Shown one piece after another: positions 1 to 15,043 of a stretch of 64,000 nucleotides of DNA. The position numbers and the translations under genes were made by a program. Origin of the DNA: Chiloscyllium plagiosum. Taxonomy: Eukaryota. The stretch is taken from the NCBI RefSeq assembly GCF_004010195.1, contig NC_057753.1:9078466-9142465 (forward strand). Direction: 5' to 3'. The notes beneath the pieces were generated by a model that worked only from the letters and a program-made list of their open reading frames with translations, searched no databases and had not been told where the DNA came from. Numbering within the stretch: position 1 is the stretch's first letter; each line of letters begins with the position of its first letter.

Positions 1-932
1 GTTCCAGAGTTCGCTGCTCACTCTGTTCCAGTGCTCACTGCTCACTCTGTTCCAGGGCTTACTGCCCAAGATGTTCCAGGGTTTGCTGGTCAAACTGTTT
101 CAGAACTCACTGCTCACACCTTTCCAGGGCTCACTGCTCACACTGTTCCAGGGCTCGCTGCTCACTTTGTTCCAAGGCTCGCTGCTCACTTTGTTCCAAG
201 GCTCGCTGCTCACTCTGTACCAGGGCTTAGTGCACAAGATGTTCCAAGGTTCGCTCATCACAGGGCTCGCTGCTCACACTGTTCCAGGGTTCACTGCTCA
301 CAATGTTCCAGTGCTCACTGCTCACACTGTTCGAAGGCTCACTGCTCTCTCTGTTCCAAGTCTCGCTGTTCACACAAACTCAGTGTCACACTGTCTCACA
401 CTGTTTCAGGGCTCGCAGCTCACACTGTTCCACGGACTCGTTCTGCTCACAATTTTGTGCATCACTGCTTACACTGTTCTGGGGCTCACTGCCCATGTGT
501 TTCCAAATCTCACTGCTCACTCTGTTCCAGGGCTCGCTGATTACACTGTTCGAGGACTAACTGCTCACACTGTTCCAGGTTTCACTTCTCACACTGTTAC
601 AGGGGTCACTGCTCAAATGCTCCAGGGTTCACTGCTCACACTGTTCCAGGGTTCACTACTCGCACTGTTCCAGGGCTCACTGCTCATACTGGTACAGGGT
701 TCGTTGCTCACACTGGTTCAAGGCTCAGTACTCACAATTTTCCAGGCCTCACTGCTCACATTGTTCCAGGGCTGACTGCTCACATTGTTCCATGGCTTTC
801 TGCTCACACTGTTCCAGGGCTCACTGCTCACACTGTTCCAGGGCTCTCTGCTCACTCTGTTCCAGAGTATACTGCTCAAGATATTCCAGGGTTCACTGCT
901 CAAACTGTTACAGGGCTCGCTGCTCAGTCTGT

Positions 933-1066
933 TCTGGATTAGTGGTGCTGGAAGAGCACAGCAGTTCAGGCAGCATCTAAGGAGCTTCGAAAGCGACATT
1001 TCGGGCAAAAGCCCTTCATCAGGAATCTGGATTAGTGGTGCTGGAAGAGCCCAGCAGTTCAGGCAG
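933..1066 (-). mobile_element. Penelope-like element terminal fragment inserted in the satellite; partial tandem repeat with a hammerhead-like core
   Basis: Non-satellite sequence. A 41-bp direct repeat occurs at 933-973 and 1026-1066 (1 mismatch). The minus strand reads CCTGATGAAGGGCTTTTGCCCGAAATGTC. Same family as 49832-49946 and 57095-57222. Confidence 0.8.
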
Positions 1067-4000
1067 GGCTCGCTGCTCACTCTGCTCTAGGGCTCACAGC
1101 CTATACTGTTCTAGGGCTCCCTGCTCACTCTGTTCCAGAGCTCACTGCTCAAGATGTTCCAGGGTTCACTGTTCAAACTTTTGCAGGGCTCACTGCTCAC
1201 TCTGTTCCAGGGCTCACTGCTGACACTTTTCCAGGGCTCAGTGCTCACTCTGTTCCAGGTTTCGCTGCTCACTCTGTGCCAGGTCTCGCTGCTCACGATG
1301 TTCCAGAGTTTTCGGCTCAAACTGTTCCAAGGCTCACTGCTCACTCTGTTCCCGGGCTCACTGCTCACACTCTTCCAGGGTTCAGTGCTCATGCTGTTCC
1401 AGGGATCGCTGCTCACTCTGTTCCACGGCTCGCTGCTCACTCTGTTCCTGGGCTCACTTCCCAAACTGTTCCAGGGTTCGCTGCACATGCTGTTCCAGGG
1501 CTTGTTGCTCACACTATTCCAAGGCACACTGCCCAAACTGTCCCAGGGCTCTCTGCTCACTCTGTTCCAGGGCTCACTGCTCACACTGTTCCAGGGCTCC
1601 GTGCTCACTCTGTTCCTGGGCTCGTTGCTCACAATGTTCCAGGGATCAATGCTCAAACTGTTTCAGGGCTCGCTTCCCAAACTATTCCAGGTCTCACTAT
1701 TCACTCTGTTCCAGAGCTCACTGCTCACGATGTTCCAAGGTTCGCTGCTCAAACTGTTCCAGGGCTCGCATTCTAAACTGTTCCAGGGCTCACTCCTCAT
1801 GCTGTTCCTGTGCTCACTTCTCACACTGTTCCAGAGTTCGCTGCTCACTCTGTTCCAGTGCTCACTGCTCACTCTGTTCCAGGGCTTACTGCCCAAGATG
1901 TTCCGGGGTTTGCTGGTCAAACTGTTTCAGAACTCACTGCACACACTGTTCCAGGGCTCACTGCTCACACTGTTCCAGGGCTCGCTGCTCACTTTGTTCC
2001 AGGGCTCGCTGCTCACTCTGTACCAGGGCTTACTGCACAAGATGTTCCAAGGTTCGCTCATCAAACAGTTACAGGGCTCACTGCTCACACTGTTCCAGGG
2101 CTCACTGTTCACACTGTTCCAGGGCTCACTTCCCTCACTTTTCCAGGGTTCACTGGTCAAGATGTTCCAGGGTTCGCTGCTCAAACTGTTACAGGGCTCG
2201 CTGCTCACACTGTTCCAGGGTTCGCTGCTCACAATGTTCCAGTGCTCACTGCTCACACTATTTGAAGGCTCACCGCTCTCTCTGTTCCAAGTCTCGCTGT
2301 TCACACAAACTCAGTGTCACACTGTCTCACACAGGTCTCGCAGCTCACACTGTTCCAAGGGCTCGTTCTGCTCACAATTTTGTGCATCACTGCTTACACT
2401 GTTCCGGGGCTCACTGCCCATGTGTTTCCAAATCTCACTGCTCACTCTGTTCCAGGGCTTGCTGCTCGCACTGTTCCAGGGTTCTCTGCTTCCTCTGTTC
2501 CAGGACGCATTGCTCACACTGTTTCATTGGCTCGTTACTCTCATTGTTTTGTGGATCACTGCTCACTCTGTTACAGGGCTCACTGCTCACTCTGCTACAG
2601 GTCTTGCTGGTCTCTCTGTTCCAGGGCTCACTGCTCAGATTGTTCCAGGGCTCACTGCTCCTGATGTTCCTGGTTTGCTGCTCAAACAGTTACAGGGCTC
2701 ACCTCTCACACTGTTTCAGAGCTCGATGTCCAAACTGTTATAGGGCTCGCTGCTCACTCTCTTCCAGGGCTCACTGCTTAAGATGTTCCAGGGTTCCAGG
2801 GTTTGCTGCTCAAACTGTTACAGGGCTCGCTGCTCAAACTGTTCCAGGGTTCACTGCTCACACTGTTCCAGGGTTTACTGCTCACACTGTTACAGGGCTC
2901 GCAGCTCACACTGTTCCAAGGGCTCGTTCTGCTCACAGTTTTGTGCATCACTGCTTACACTGTTGCAGAGCTCACTGCCCATGTGTTTCCAAATCTCACT
3001 GCTCACAGCTCAAACTGTTCCAGGGCACGTTGCTCACTGTTCCAGGGCTCACTGCTCAGGCAGTTCCGGGGTCACTGCTCAAGATGTTCCTGGGTTCGCT
3101 GCTCAAACAGTTCCAGGGCTCACTGCTCACACTGTTTCAGGGCTCAGTTGTCTCTCTGTTCCAGGGCTCACTGTTCACACTGTTCCAGGGCTTGCTGCTC
3201 ACTCTGTTCCAGAGCTCACTGCTCAAACTGTTCCAGGGCTTGTGTCCCAAACTGTTCCAGGGCTCGCTGCACACGCTGTTCCAAGGCTCACTGCTCACTC
3301 CGTTCCAGAGCTCACTGGACAAGATGTTCCAGGTTTTGCTGCTCACACTGTTCTATGGCTCACTGCTCACGCTGTTCCAGGGCTCACTGCTCACATTGTT
3401 CCAGGGCTCGTGTCCCAAACTGTTCCAGGGCTCGCTGCACACACTGTTCCATGGTTCACTGCTCACACTGTTACAGGGCTCGCAGCTCACACTGTTCCAA
3501 GGGCTCGTTCTGCTCACAGTTTTGTGCATCACTGCTTACACTGTTGCAGAGCTCACTGCCCATGTGTTTCCAAATCTCACTGCTCACTCTGTTCCAGGGC
3601 TCGCTGATCAAACTGTTTGAGGACTCACTGCTCACGCTGTTCCAGGTCTCACTTCTCACACTGTTCCAGGGCTCGCTACTCACACTGTAACAGGGGTCAC
3701 TGCTCAAATGCTCCAAGGTTCACTGCTCACATTGTTCCAGGGCTCGCTGTTCACACTGGTTCAAGGCTCAGTTCTCACAATTTTCCAGGCCTCACTGCTC
3801 ACACTGTTCCATGGCTTTCTGCTCACACTGTTCCAGGGCTCACTGCTCACAATGTTCCAGGGCACTCTGCTCATATTTTACTAGGGATCGCTGGTCACAC
3901 TTTTCCAGGACTCACTGCACGCGCTGCTCCGCAGCTCACAATTCACACTGTTCCACTTCTCACAGCTCACACTCTCCAGTGCTCGCTGGTCACGCTGCTC

Positions 4001-7000
4001 CATAGTTCACTGCTCACACTGTTCCAGGGCTCACTGCACGCGCTACTCCGCTGCTCACAATTCACACTGTTCCACTTCTCAGGGCTAACACTCTCCAGTG
4101 CTCGCTGGTCATGCGGCTCCATGGTTCACTGCTCACACTGTTCTCATTCTCACTGCTCACACTGTTCCAGGTCTCGCTGCTCACGATGTTCCAGCGTTTG
4201 CGGCTCAAACTGTTCCAGGGCTCGCTGTTCACTCTGTTCCAGCGCTCGCTGTTCACTCTGTTCCAGGACTCACTGCTCACACTGTTCCAGGGCTCGCTGC
4301 TCACTCTGTTCCAGGGCTCGCTGCTCACTCTGTTCCCGGGCTCACTTTTCAAACTGTTCCAGAGCTCGCTGCACATGCTGTTCCAGGGCTTACTGCTCAC
4401 TCTGTTCCAGAGCTCACTGCTCAAGATGCTCCAGGGTTCGCTGCTCAAACTGTTACAGGGCTCGCTGCTCACTCTGTTCCAAGGCTCACTGTTCACACTT
4501 TTCCAGGGCTCAGTGCTCACTCTGTTCCAGGGCTTACTGCTTAAGGTGTTCCTGGGACCGCTGCTCACACTGTTTCAGGGCTCGCTGTCAAAACTGCTAC
4601 AGGGCTCACTGCTCACACTGTTCCAGGGCTCACAGCTCACAATATTCCATGGCTCACTGCTCACTCTGTTCTAGGGCACACTGCCCAAACTGTCCCAGGG
4701 CTCGCTGCTCACTCTGTTCCAGGACGCATTGCTCACACTGTTTCATTGGCTCGTTACTCACATTGATTTGTGGATCAGAGTTCACTCTGTTCGAGGGCTC
4801 ACAGCTCACACTGTTCCAGGGCTCACTTCCCTCACTCTTCCAGGGTTCACTGGTCAAGATGTTCCAGGGTTCGCTGCTCAAACTGTTACAGGGCTAGCTG
4901 CTCACACTGTTCAAGGGCTCGCTGCTCACACTGTTCAAGGGCTCGCTGCTCGCACTGTTCCAGGGCTTGCAGTTCACACTGTTCCAGGGCTCACTGGTCA
5001 CTCTGATCCAGACTCATTCCAGGGCTCGTTCTGCTCACAATTTTGTGCATCACTGCGTACACTGTTCCGGGGCTCACTGCCCATGTGTTTCCAAATCTCA
5101 CTGCTCACACTGTTCCACGGTTCACTGCTCACACTATTCCAGGACGCATTGCTCACACTGTTTCATTGGCTCGTTACTCTCATTGTTTTGTGGATCACTG
5201 CTCACTCTGTTACAGGTCTCGCTGGTCACTCTGTTCCAGGCCTCAATGCTCAGATTGTTCCAGGGCTCACTGCTCACACTGTTACAGGGCTCGCAGCTCA
5301 CACTGTTCCATGGGCTCGATCTGCTCACAATTTTGTGCATCACTGCTTACACTGTTGCAGACCTCACTGCCCATGTGTTTCCAAATCTCACTGTTCACTG
5401 TCTTCCAGGGCTCGCTGATCGCACAGTTTGAGGACTCACTGCTCATACTGTTCCAGGTCTCACTTCTCACACTGTTACAGGGGTCACTGCCCAAATGCTC
5501 CAGGGTTCACTGCTCACACTGTTCCAAGGTTCACTACTCACACTGTTCCAGGGCTCGCTACTCACACTCTTCCAGGGCTCACTGCTCATGCTGGTACAGG
5601 GCTCGTTGTTCATACTGTTCCAGGGCTCGTTGCTCACACTGGTTCAAGGCTCAGTGCTCAGAATTTTCCAGGCCTCACTGCTCACATTGTTCCAGGGCTG
5701 AATGCTCACACTGTTCCATGGCTTTCTGCTCACACTGTTCCATGGCTTTCTGCTCACACTGTTCCAGGACTCACTGCTCACACTCTTCCAGGGCTCAGTG
5801 CTCACACTGTTCCAGGGCTCGTTGCTCACTCTGTTCCAGGGCTCACTTCCCAAACTGTTCCAGGGCTCACTACACATGCTGTTCCAGGGCTCGTTGCTCA
5901 CTGCTCCAGGGCTCATTGTTCACACTGTTCCAGGGCTCGCAGCTCATAATGTTCCAAGGGCTCGTTATGCTCACAATTTTGTGCATCACTGCTTACACTG
6001 TTCCGGGGCTCACTGCCCATGTGTTTCCAAATCTCACTGCTCACCCTGTTCCAGAGCACACTGCTCAAACTGTTACAGGGCCCGCTGCTCACTCTATTAC
6101 AGGGCTCGCTGCATACTCTGTTCCAGGGCTCGCTGCTCACATTGTTCCACGGCTCACTGCTCAAACTGTTCCTGGGCTCACAGCTCACACTGTTTCAGGG
6201 CTCTCTGCTCACATTGTTCTAGTAATCGCTGGTCACGCTTTTGCAGGGCTCACTGCTTGCGGTGTTCTGTGGCTAACAATTCACACTGTTCCAGGTCTCA
6301 CTGCTCGCACTGTTCCAGGTCACATTGTTCACACTGTTCCAGTGCTCGCTGCTCACACTGTTCCAGGGCTCACTGCTCATGCTGTTTCAGGGCTCACTGA
6401 CCAAACTGTTACAGGACGCACTGCTCCCTTTGTTCCAGTTCTCACTGCTCACAATGTTCCAGAGCAGTCTGCTCATATTTTACTAGGGACCGCTGGTCAC
6501 ACTTTTCCAGGACTCACTGCACACGCTGCTCCGCAGCTCACAATTCACACTGTTCCACTTCTCACGGCTCACACTCTCCAGTGCTCGCTGGTCACGCTGC
6601 TCCATGGTTCACTGCTCACTCTGTTCTCATTCTCACTGGTCACACTGTTCCAGGGTTCGCTGCTCACACTTTTCCAGGGCTCACTGCTCACGTTGTTCGA
6701 GGGCTCACTGCTCACATTTTCCAGGGCTCACTGCTCACTCTGTTCCAGGTCTCACTGCTCACTCTTTTCCATGTCTCGCTGCTCACTCTGTTCCAGGGCT
6801 CACTGCTGTCACTGTTTCTAGGGCTCGCTTCCTAAACTGTTCCAGGGCTCACTTCCCAAATTGTTCCAGGGCTCACAGTTCAAACTGTTCTAGGGCATAC
6901 TGCTCACTCTGTTCCAGAGCTCACTACTCAAGGTGTTCCGGGGTTTGCTTCTCAAACTGTTACAGGGCTCGCTGCTCTCTCTGTTCCAGGGTTCACTGCT

Positions 7001-10000
7001 CACACTGTTCCAGGGCTCGCTTCCCAAACTGTTTCAGGGCTCCCTGCACATGCGGTTCCAGAGCTCGTTGCTCACTCTGGTCCGGGGCTCACTGCTCACA
7101 CTGTTCCAGGGCTCACTGCTCACTTTGTTCCACAGCTCACACTGTTCCAATGGCTCATTCTGCTCACAATTTTGTGCATCATTGCTTACACAGTTCCAGG
7201 CCTCACTGTCCGGGGCTCACTGCTCACACTGTTCCAGGGCTCACTGCTCACTTTGTTCCAGAGCTCACTGCTCAAGATGTTCCAGGGTTTGCTGCTCTAA
7301 CTGTTACAGGGCTCGCTGCGCACTTGTTCCAGGGATCGCTGCTCACGATGTTCCAGAGTTTGCTGCTCAGACTGTTCCAGGGGTCACTGCTCAAGATGTT
7401 CCTGGGTTCGCTGCACAAACAGTTACAGGGCTCGATTCTCACACTGTTTCAGGGCTCGCTGCCCAAACTGTTACAGGGCTCACTGCTCACACTGTTCCAG
7501 GGCTCACGGCTCACTGTGTTCCAGAGCTCACTGCTCAGACTGTTCCAGAGCTCACTGCTCACGCTGTTTCAGGGCTCACTGTCCAAACTGTTACAGGGTT
7601 CACTGCTCACAATGTTCCAGGGCACTCTGCTCATAATTTACTAGGGATCGCTGGTCACACTTTTCCAGGACTCTGCACGCGCTGCTCCGCAGCTCACAAT
7701 TCACACTGTTCCACTTCTCACGGCTCACACTCTCCAGTGCTCGCTGGTCACGCTGCTCCATGGTTCACTGCTCACACTGTTCTCAGTCTCACTGCTCACA
7801 GTGTTCCAGGGTTCGCTGCTCACACTTTTCCAGGGCTCACTGCTCACGATGTTTCAGGTCTCGCTGTTCACACTGTTCTACGGCTCGCTGCTCATGATAT
7901 TTCAGAGTTTACTGCTCACACTGTTCCAGGGCTCGCTACTCACGATGTCCCAGGGCTCGCTTCCCAAACTGTTCCAGGGCACACTGCTCACTCTGTTCCA
8001 GGGCTCACTGCTCACACTGTTCCAGGGCTCTCTGCTCACTCTGTCCCAGGTCTCGCTGCTCACTGTGTTCCAGGGCTCACTTCTGTCACTGTTGCTACTC
8101 ATGATGTTCCAGGGCTCGCTTCCTAAACTGTTCCAGGGCTCACTTCCTAAATTGTTCCAGGGCTCACAGTTCAAACTGTTCCAGGGCATACTGCTCACAC
8201 TATTCCAGGGCTCACTGCTTACTCTGTTCCAGAGCTCACTGCTCCAGGGTTTGTTTCTCAAACTGTTACAGGGCTCGCTGCTCTCTCTGTTCCAGGGTTC
8301 ACTGCTCATGCTGTTCCAGGGTTCACTGCTCACTCTGTTCCAGAGCTCACTGCTCAAGGTGTTCCAGGGTTTGCTGCTCAAACTGTTAGAGGGCACACTG
8401 CTCTCTCTGTTCCAGGGTTCACTGCTCACACTGTTCCAGTGCTCGCTGCTCACTCTGTTCCAGGGCTCGCTTCCCAAACTGTTTCAGGGCTAACTGTACA
8501 TGCTATTCCAGAGCTCGTTGCTCACTCTGGTCCGGGGCTCACTGCTCACACTGTTCCAGGGCTCGCTGCTCACTCTGTTCCAGGACTCGCTGCTCACTCT
8601 ATTCCAGAGCTCACTGCTCAAGGTGTTCCAGGGTTTGCTGCTTTAACTGTTATAGGGCTCGCAGCGCACTCTGTTCCAGGGCTCATTGCTCACACTTTCC
8701 CAGGGCTCAGTGATCACTCTGTTCCAGGTCTCGCTGCTCAAGATGTTCCAGAGTTTGCGGCTCAAACTGTTCCAGGGCTCGCTGCTCTGATTGTTCCAGG
8801 GCTCACTGCACAAGACATTCCTGGGTTTGCTGCTCAAACAGTTACAGGGCTCACTGCGCACACTGTTTCAGGGCTCGCTGTCCAAACTGTTATAGGGCTT
8901 GCTGCACACTCTGTTCCAGGGCTCACTGCTCACATTCTTCCAGGGGTCAGTGCTCACGCTGTTCCAGGGCTCACTGCTCACACTCTTCCAGGGCTCAGTG
9001 CTCACGCTGTTCCAGGGCTTGCTGTTCAATCTGCTCCAGGGCTTGCAGCTCACTCTGTTCCAGGGATCGCATCCCAATCTGTTTCAGGGCTCACTGCACA
9101 TGCTGTTCCAGGGCTCGTTGCTCAATCTGCTCCAGGGCTCACTGCTCACACTGTTCCAGGGCTCGCTGCTCACTCTGTTCCAGGGCTCACTGCTCAGATT
9201 GTTCCAGGGCTCACTGCTCAAGACATTCCTGGGTTTGCTGCTCAAACAATTACAGGGCTCACTGCTCACACTGTTTCAGGGTTCGCTGTCCAAACTGTTA
9301 CAGGGCTCGCTGCTGCTCACTCTGTTCCAGGGCTTACTGCTCAAGATGTTCCAGGGTTCACTTCTCAAACAGTTACAGTGCTCATTGCTCACACTATTCC
9401 AGGGCTCACTGTTCACACTGTTCCAGGGCTCACTTCCCTCACTCTTCCAGGGCTCACTGGTCAAGATGTTCCAGGGTTCGCTGCTCAAACTGTTACAGGG
9501 CTCGCTGCTCACACTGTTCCAGGGTTCACTGCTCACAATGTTCCAGTGCTCACTGCTCACACTGTTCGAAGGCTCACCGCTCTCTCTGTTCCAGGGCTCG
9601 CTACTCACACTGTTCCAAGTCTTGCTGTTCACACTGTTCCAGGGCTCAGTGCTCACACTGTTTCAGGGCTCGCAGCTCACACTGTTCCAAGGGCTCGTTC
9701 TGCTCACAATTTTGCTCACATTGTTCTAGTAATCGCTGTTCATGCTTTTCCAGGGCTCACTGCTTGCGCTGTTCCGTGGCTAACAATTCACATTGTGCCA
9801 GGTCTCACTGTTCACACTGTTCCAGGGCTCGCTGCTCACATTGTTGCAGGGCTCAACGCACGTGCTGTTCCAGGGCTCGCTGCACATGTTATTCCATGGC
9901 TCACTGCTCACACTGTTCCAAGGCTCGCGGCTCACTGTGTTCCAGAGCTCACTGCTCACATTGTTCCAGGACTCACTGCTCAAGATGTTCCAGGGTTCGC

Positions 10001-13000
10001 TGCTCAAACTGTTACAGCGCTCGCTGCTCACTCTGTTCCAGAGCTCACTGCTCACGCTGTTTCAGAGCTCACTGCTCACGCTGTTTCAGGGCTCACTGTT
10101 CAAACTGTTACAGGACGCACTGCTCCCTTTGTTCCAGTTCTCACTGCTCACAATGTTCCAGGGTGCTCACAATGTTCCAGGGCACTCTGCTCATATTTTA
10201 CTAGGGATCGCTGGTCACACTTTTCCAGAACTCACTGCACTCGCTGCTCCGCAGCTCACAATTCACACTGTTCCACTTCTCACGGCTCACACTCTCCAGT
10301 GCTCGCTGGTCACGCTGCTCCATGGCTCACTGCTCACTCTGTTCCAGGGCTCACTGCTCACGCTGTTTGAGGGCTCACTGCTCACATTTTTCCTGGGCTC
10401 ACTGCTTACTCTGTTCCAGGGCTCACTGCTCACACTGTTCCAGGGCTCACTGCTCATTCTGTTCCAGGGCTCACTGCTCACGCTGTTCCATGGCTCACGG
10501 CTCAAACTATTCAAGGGCGCACTGGACACTCTGTTCCAGGGCTCACTGCTCACGCTGTTTGAGGGCTCACTGCTCACATTTTTCCTGGGCTCACTGCTTA
10601 CTCTGTTCCAGGGCTCTCTGCTCACACTGTTCCAGGTCTCACTCTTCACACTGTTCCAGGGTTCACTGCTCACTCTGTTCCAGTTCTCACTGCTCACGAT
10701 GTTTCAGGTCTTGCTGTTCACACTGTTCTACGGCTCGCTGCTCATGATGTTCCAGAGTTTACTGCTCACACTGTTCCCGGGGTTGCTACTCACGATGTTC
10801 CAGGGCTCGCTTCCCAAACTGTTCCAGGGCTCACTGCACACACTGTTCCAGAGCTCGTTGCTCACTCTGTTCCAGAGCTCACTGTTCACATTGTTCCAGG
10901 GCTCACTGCTCACTCTGTCCCAGATCTCGCTGCTCTCTCTGTTCTAGGGCTCACTGCTGTCACTGTTCCAGGGCTTGCTACTCATGATGTTCCAGGGCTC
11001 GCTTCCTAAACTGTTCCAGGGCTCACTTCCCAAATTGTTCCAGGGCTCACATTTCAAACTGTTCCAGGGCATACTGCTCACACTGTTCCAGGGCTCGCTG
11101 TTCTCTCTGTCCCAGGGTTCACTGCTCAAGATGTTCCAGGGTTCGCTGCTCAAACTGTTACAGAGCTCGCTGCTCACTCTATTCCAGGGCTCACTGCTCA
11201 CTCTGTTCCAGGGCTCGCTTCCCAAAGTGTTTCAGGGCTCGCTGCTCACACTGTTCCAGGGCACACTGTTCACACTTTTCCAGGGCTCGGTGCTCACTCT
11301 GTTCCAGGTCTCGCTGCTCACGATGTTCCAGAGTTTGCTGCTCAAACTGTTCCGGGGCTTGCTGCTCACTCTGTTCCAGGGCTCACTGCTCAAGATGTTC
11401 CTGTTTTCACTGCACAAACAGTTACAGGGCTCGCTGTCTAAACTGTTACAGGGCTCACTGCTCACACTGTTCCAGGGCTCACTGCTCGCTATATTCCATG
11501 GCTCACTGCTCACACTGTCCCAGGGCTCACGGCTCACTGTGTTCCAGAGCTCACTGCACAAAATGTTCCAGTGTTTGCTGCTCACTCTGTTCCAGGGCTC
11601 ACTGCTCACACTGTTCCAGGGTTCAGTGCTCACTCTGTTCCAGGGCTCGCTGCTCAAACTGTTCCAGGGCTCGCTTCCCAAACTGTTCCAGGTCTCACTG
11701 CTCACGCCGTTCCAGGACTTGCTGCACACTCTGTTCCAGAGCTCACTGCACAGGATGTTCCAGTGTTCCCTGCTCACACTGTTCCAGGGCTCACTGCTCA
11801 CACTGTTCCAGGGCTCACTGTTCACACTGTTCCAGGTTTCGCTGCTCTCTCTGTTCTTGAGCTCACTGCTCAAGATGTTCCAGGGTTCGCTGCTCAAACT
11901 GTTACAGGGCTCACTGCTTACTATGTTCCCTCTGTTCCAGGGTTCACTGCTCACTCTGTTCCAGGGCTCACTGCTCAGACTGTTCCAGGGATCACTGCTT
12001 CAGATGTTCCAGGCTTCGCTGCTCAAACTGTTACAGGGCTCGCTGCTCACTCTGTTCCAGGGCTCACTGCTCACTCTGTTCCAGGGCTCGCTTCCCAAAC
12101 TGTTTCAGGGCACACTGCTCACTCTGTTCCAGGGCTCGCTTCCCAAACTGTTTCAGGGCTCACTGCCCACACTGTTCCAGCGCTCGCTGCTCACTCTTTT
12201 CCAGTGCTCACTGCTCACTCTGTTCCAGGGCTCGCTTCCCAAACTGTTCCAGGTCTCGCTGCTCACTCTGTTCCAGAGCTCACTACTCAAGATGTTACAG
12301 GGTTCGCTGCTCAAACTTTTGCAGGGTTCACTGCTCACTCTGTTCCAGGGCTCACTGCTCAGATTGTTCCAGGGCTCACTGCTCAAGATGTTCCTGGGTT
12401 TGCTGGTCACTCTGATCCAGGGCTCACTGCTCACACTCTTCCAGAATTCAGTGCTCACGCTGTTCCAGGGCTCGCTGCACAGTCTGTTCCAGGGCTCGTT
12501 GCTCACACTGTTCCAGGGCACACTGCCCAAACTGTTCCAGGGCTCGCTGTGCACTCTGTTCCAGGGCTCGTTGCTCACACTGTTCCAGGGCACACTGCCC
12601 AAACTGTCCCAGGGCTCACTGCTCAGGTTGTTCCAGGGATCACTGCTCAAATTGTTCCGGTGCTCACTTCCCAAACTATTCCAGGTCTCACTGCTCACGC
12701 TGTTCCAGGGCTCACTGTTCACACTGTTCCAGGGCTTGCTGCTCACTCTGTTCCAAGGCACACTGCTCTCTCTGTTCCAGGGCTCGCTACTCACACTGTT
12801 CCAAATCTCGCTGTTCACACTGTTTCAGGGCTCGCTGCTCACTCTGTTCCAGGACTCACTGCTCACTCTGTTCCAGGGCTCGCTGCACACACTGTTCCAG
12901 GGCTCATTGCTCACTCTGCTCCAGGGCTCACTGTTCACACTGTTCCAGGGCTCACTGCTCACTCTGTTCCAGAGCTCACTGCTCAAGATGCTCCTGGGTT

Positions 13001-15043
13001 CGCTGCTCAAACTGTTACAGGGCTCGCTGCTCACTCTGTTCCAGGGCTCACTGTTCTCACTGTTCCAGGGCTTACTGTTCACACTTTTGCAGGGCTCAAT
13101 GCTCACTGTTCCAGGGCTTACTGCTTAAGGTATTCCTGGGACCGCTGCTCAAATAATTACACGGCTCACTGCTCACACTGTTTCAGGGCTCGCTGTCCAA
13201 ACTGCTACAGGGCTCCCAGCTCACACTGTTCCAGGGCTCACAGCCCACAGTATTCCATGGCTGACTGCTCACACTGTTCTAGGGCACACTGCCCAAACTG
13301 TCCCAGGGCTCACAGCTCACACTGTTCCAGGTCTTACTTCTCATACTGTTACAGGGCTCTCTGGCCACAATGTTCCAGGGCTCGCTACTCACACTGTTCC
13401 AGGGCTCACTGCTCATTTTGATCCAGGGCTCACTGCTCACAGTGTTTCAGGGCTCGCTGCACATGCTGTTCCAGAGCTCGCTGCACACACTGCTCCAGGG
13501 CTCACTGCTCACTCTGTTCCAGGGCTCACTGCTCAAGATGTTACAGGTCTCGCTGCTCACTCTGTTCCAGGTCTCACTGCTCACACTTTTCCAGGGTTCA
13601 GTGCTCACTCTGTTCCAGGTCTCGCTGCTCAAGATGTTCCCGAGTTTGCTGCTCACTTTGTTCCAGGGCTCACTGCTCAGACTGTTCCAGGGCTCAGTGC
13701 TCAAGATGTTCCTGGGTTTGCTGCTCAAACTGTTACAGGGCTCACTGCTCACAATATTCCATGGCTTGCTGCTCACTCTGTTTCCGGGCACACTGTCCAC
13801 ACTGTTACAGGGCTCACTGCTCACAATATTCCATGGCTTGCTGCTCACTCTGTTCCAGGGCTCAGTGCTCACTCTGTTCCAGGGCTCGCTGCTCAAGATG
13901 TTCCAGGGTTTGCTGCTCAAAGTTTTACAGTGCTCACTGCTCAATCTGTTTCAGGGCTCGCTACTCACGATGTTCCAGGGTTCACTACTCAAGATATTCC
14001 AGGGTTCACTGGTCAAATTGTTACAGGGTTCGCTGCTTGCTATGTTCCAGGTCTCAGTGTTCATGCTGTTACAGGGATCGCTGCTCACACTGTTCCAGGG
14101 TTCGCTTCCCAAACTGTTCCAGGACTCACTGCACACACTGTTCCAGGGCTCACTGCTCAAGATGTTCCATGGTTCATTGCTCAAGATGTTTCAGGGCTCA
14201 CTGCTCACGCTGTTCCAGGTCTCAGTGCTCATGCTGATCCAGGGCTCAATGCTCACTCTGTTCCAGGGCTAACTGCTCAAGATGTTCCAGGACACATTTC
14301 TCAAACTGTTACAGAGCTCGCTGCTCACTCTGTTCCAGTGCTCGTTCTGCTCACACTGTTACAGGGCTTGCAGCTCACACTGTTCCAAGGGCTCGTTCTG
14401 CTCACAATTTTGTGCATCACTGCATCAGAGCTCACTGCCCTTGTGTTTCCAAATCTCACTGCTCACTCTGTTCCAGCGCTCACTGATCACACTGTACCAG
14501 GGCTCTCTGCTCACACTGTTCCAGGTTTCACTTCTCACACTGTTACAAGGCTCACTGCCCACAATGTTCCAGGGTTCACTGCTCACACTGTTCCAGGGCC
14601 TCACTACTCACACTGTTCCAGGGCCTCACTACTCACACTGTTCCAGGGCTCACTGCTCATGCTGGTACAGGTCTCGTTGCTCATACTGTTCCAGGGCTCG
14701 CTGCTCACACTGGTTCAAGGCTCGGTGCTCACAATTTTCCAGACCTCACTGCTCACTCTGTTCCAGGGCTGAATGCTCACACTGTTCCATGGTTTTCTGC
14801 TCACACTGTTCCAGGGTTCACTGCTCACTCTGATCCAGACTCACTGCTCACACTGTTCCAGGGTTCGCTGCTCAAACTGTTACAGGGCTTGCTGTTCACT
14901 CTGTTCAAGGCCTTGGTGCTCACACTGTTCCAGTGATCGCTGCTCACTTTGTTCCAGGGCTCATTGCTCACTCTGTTCCAGGGCTCACTGCTCAGACAGT
15001 TCCAGGGGTCTCTGTTCAAACTGTTACAGGGCTCACTGCTCAC

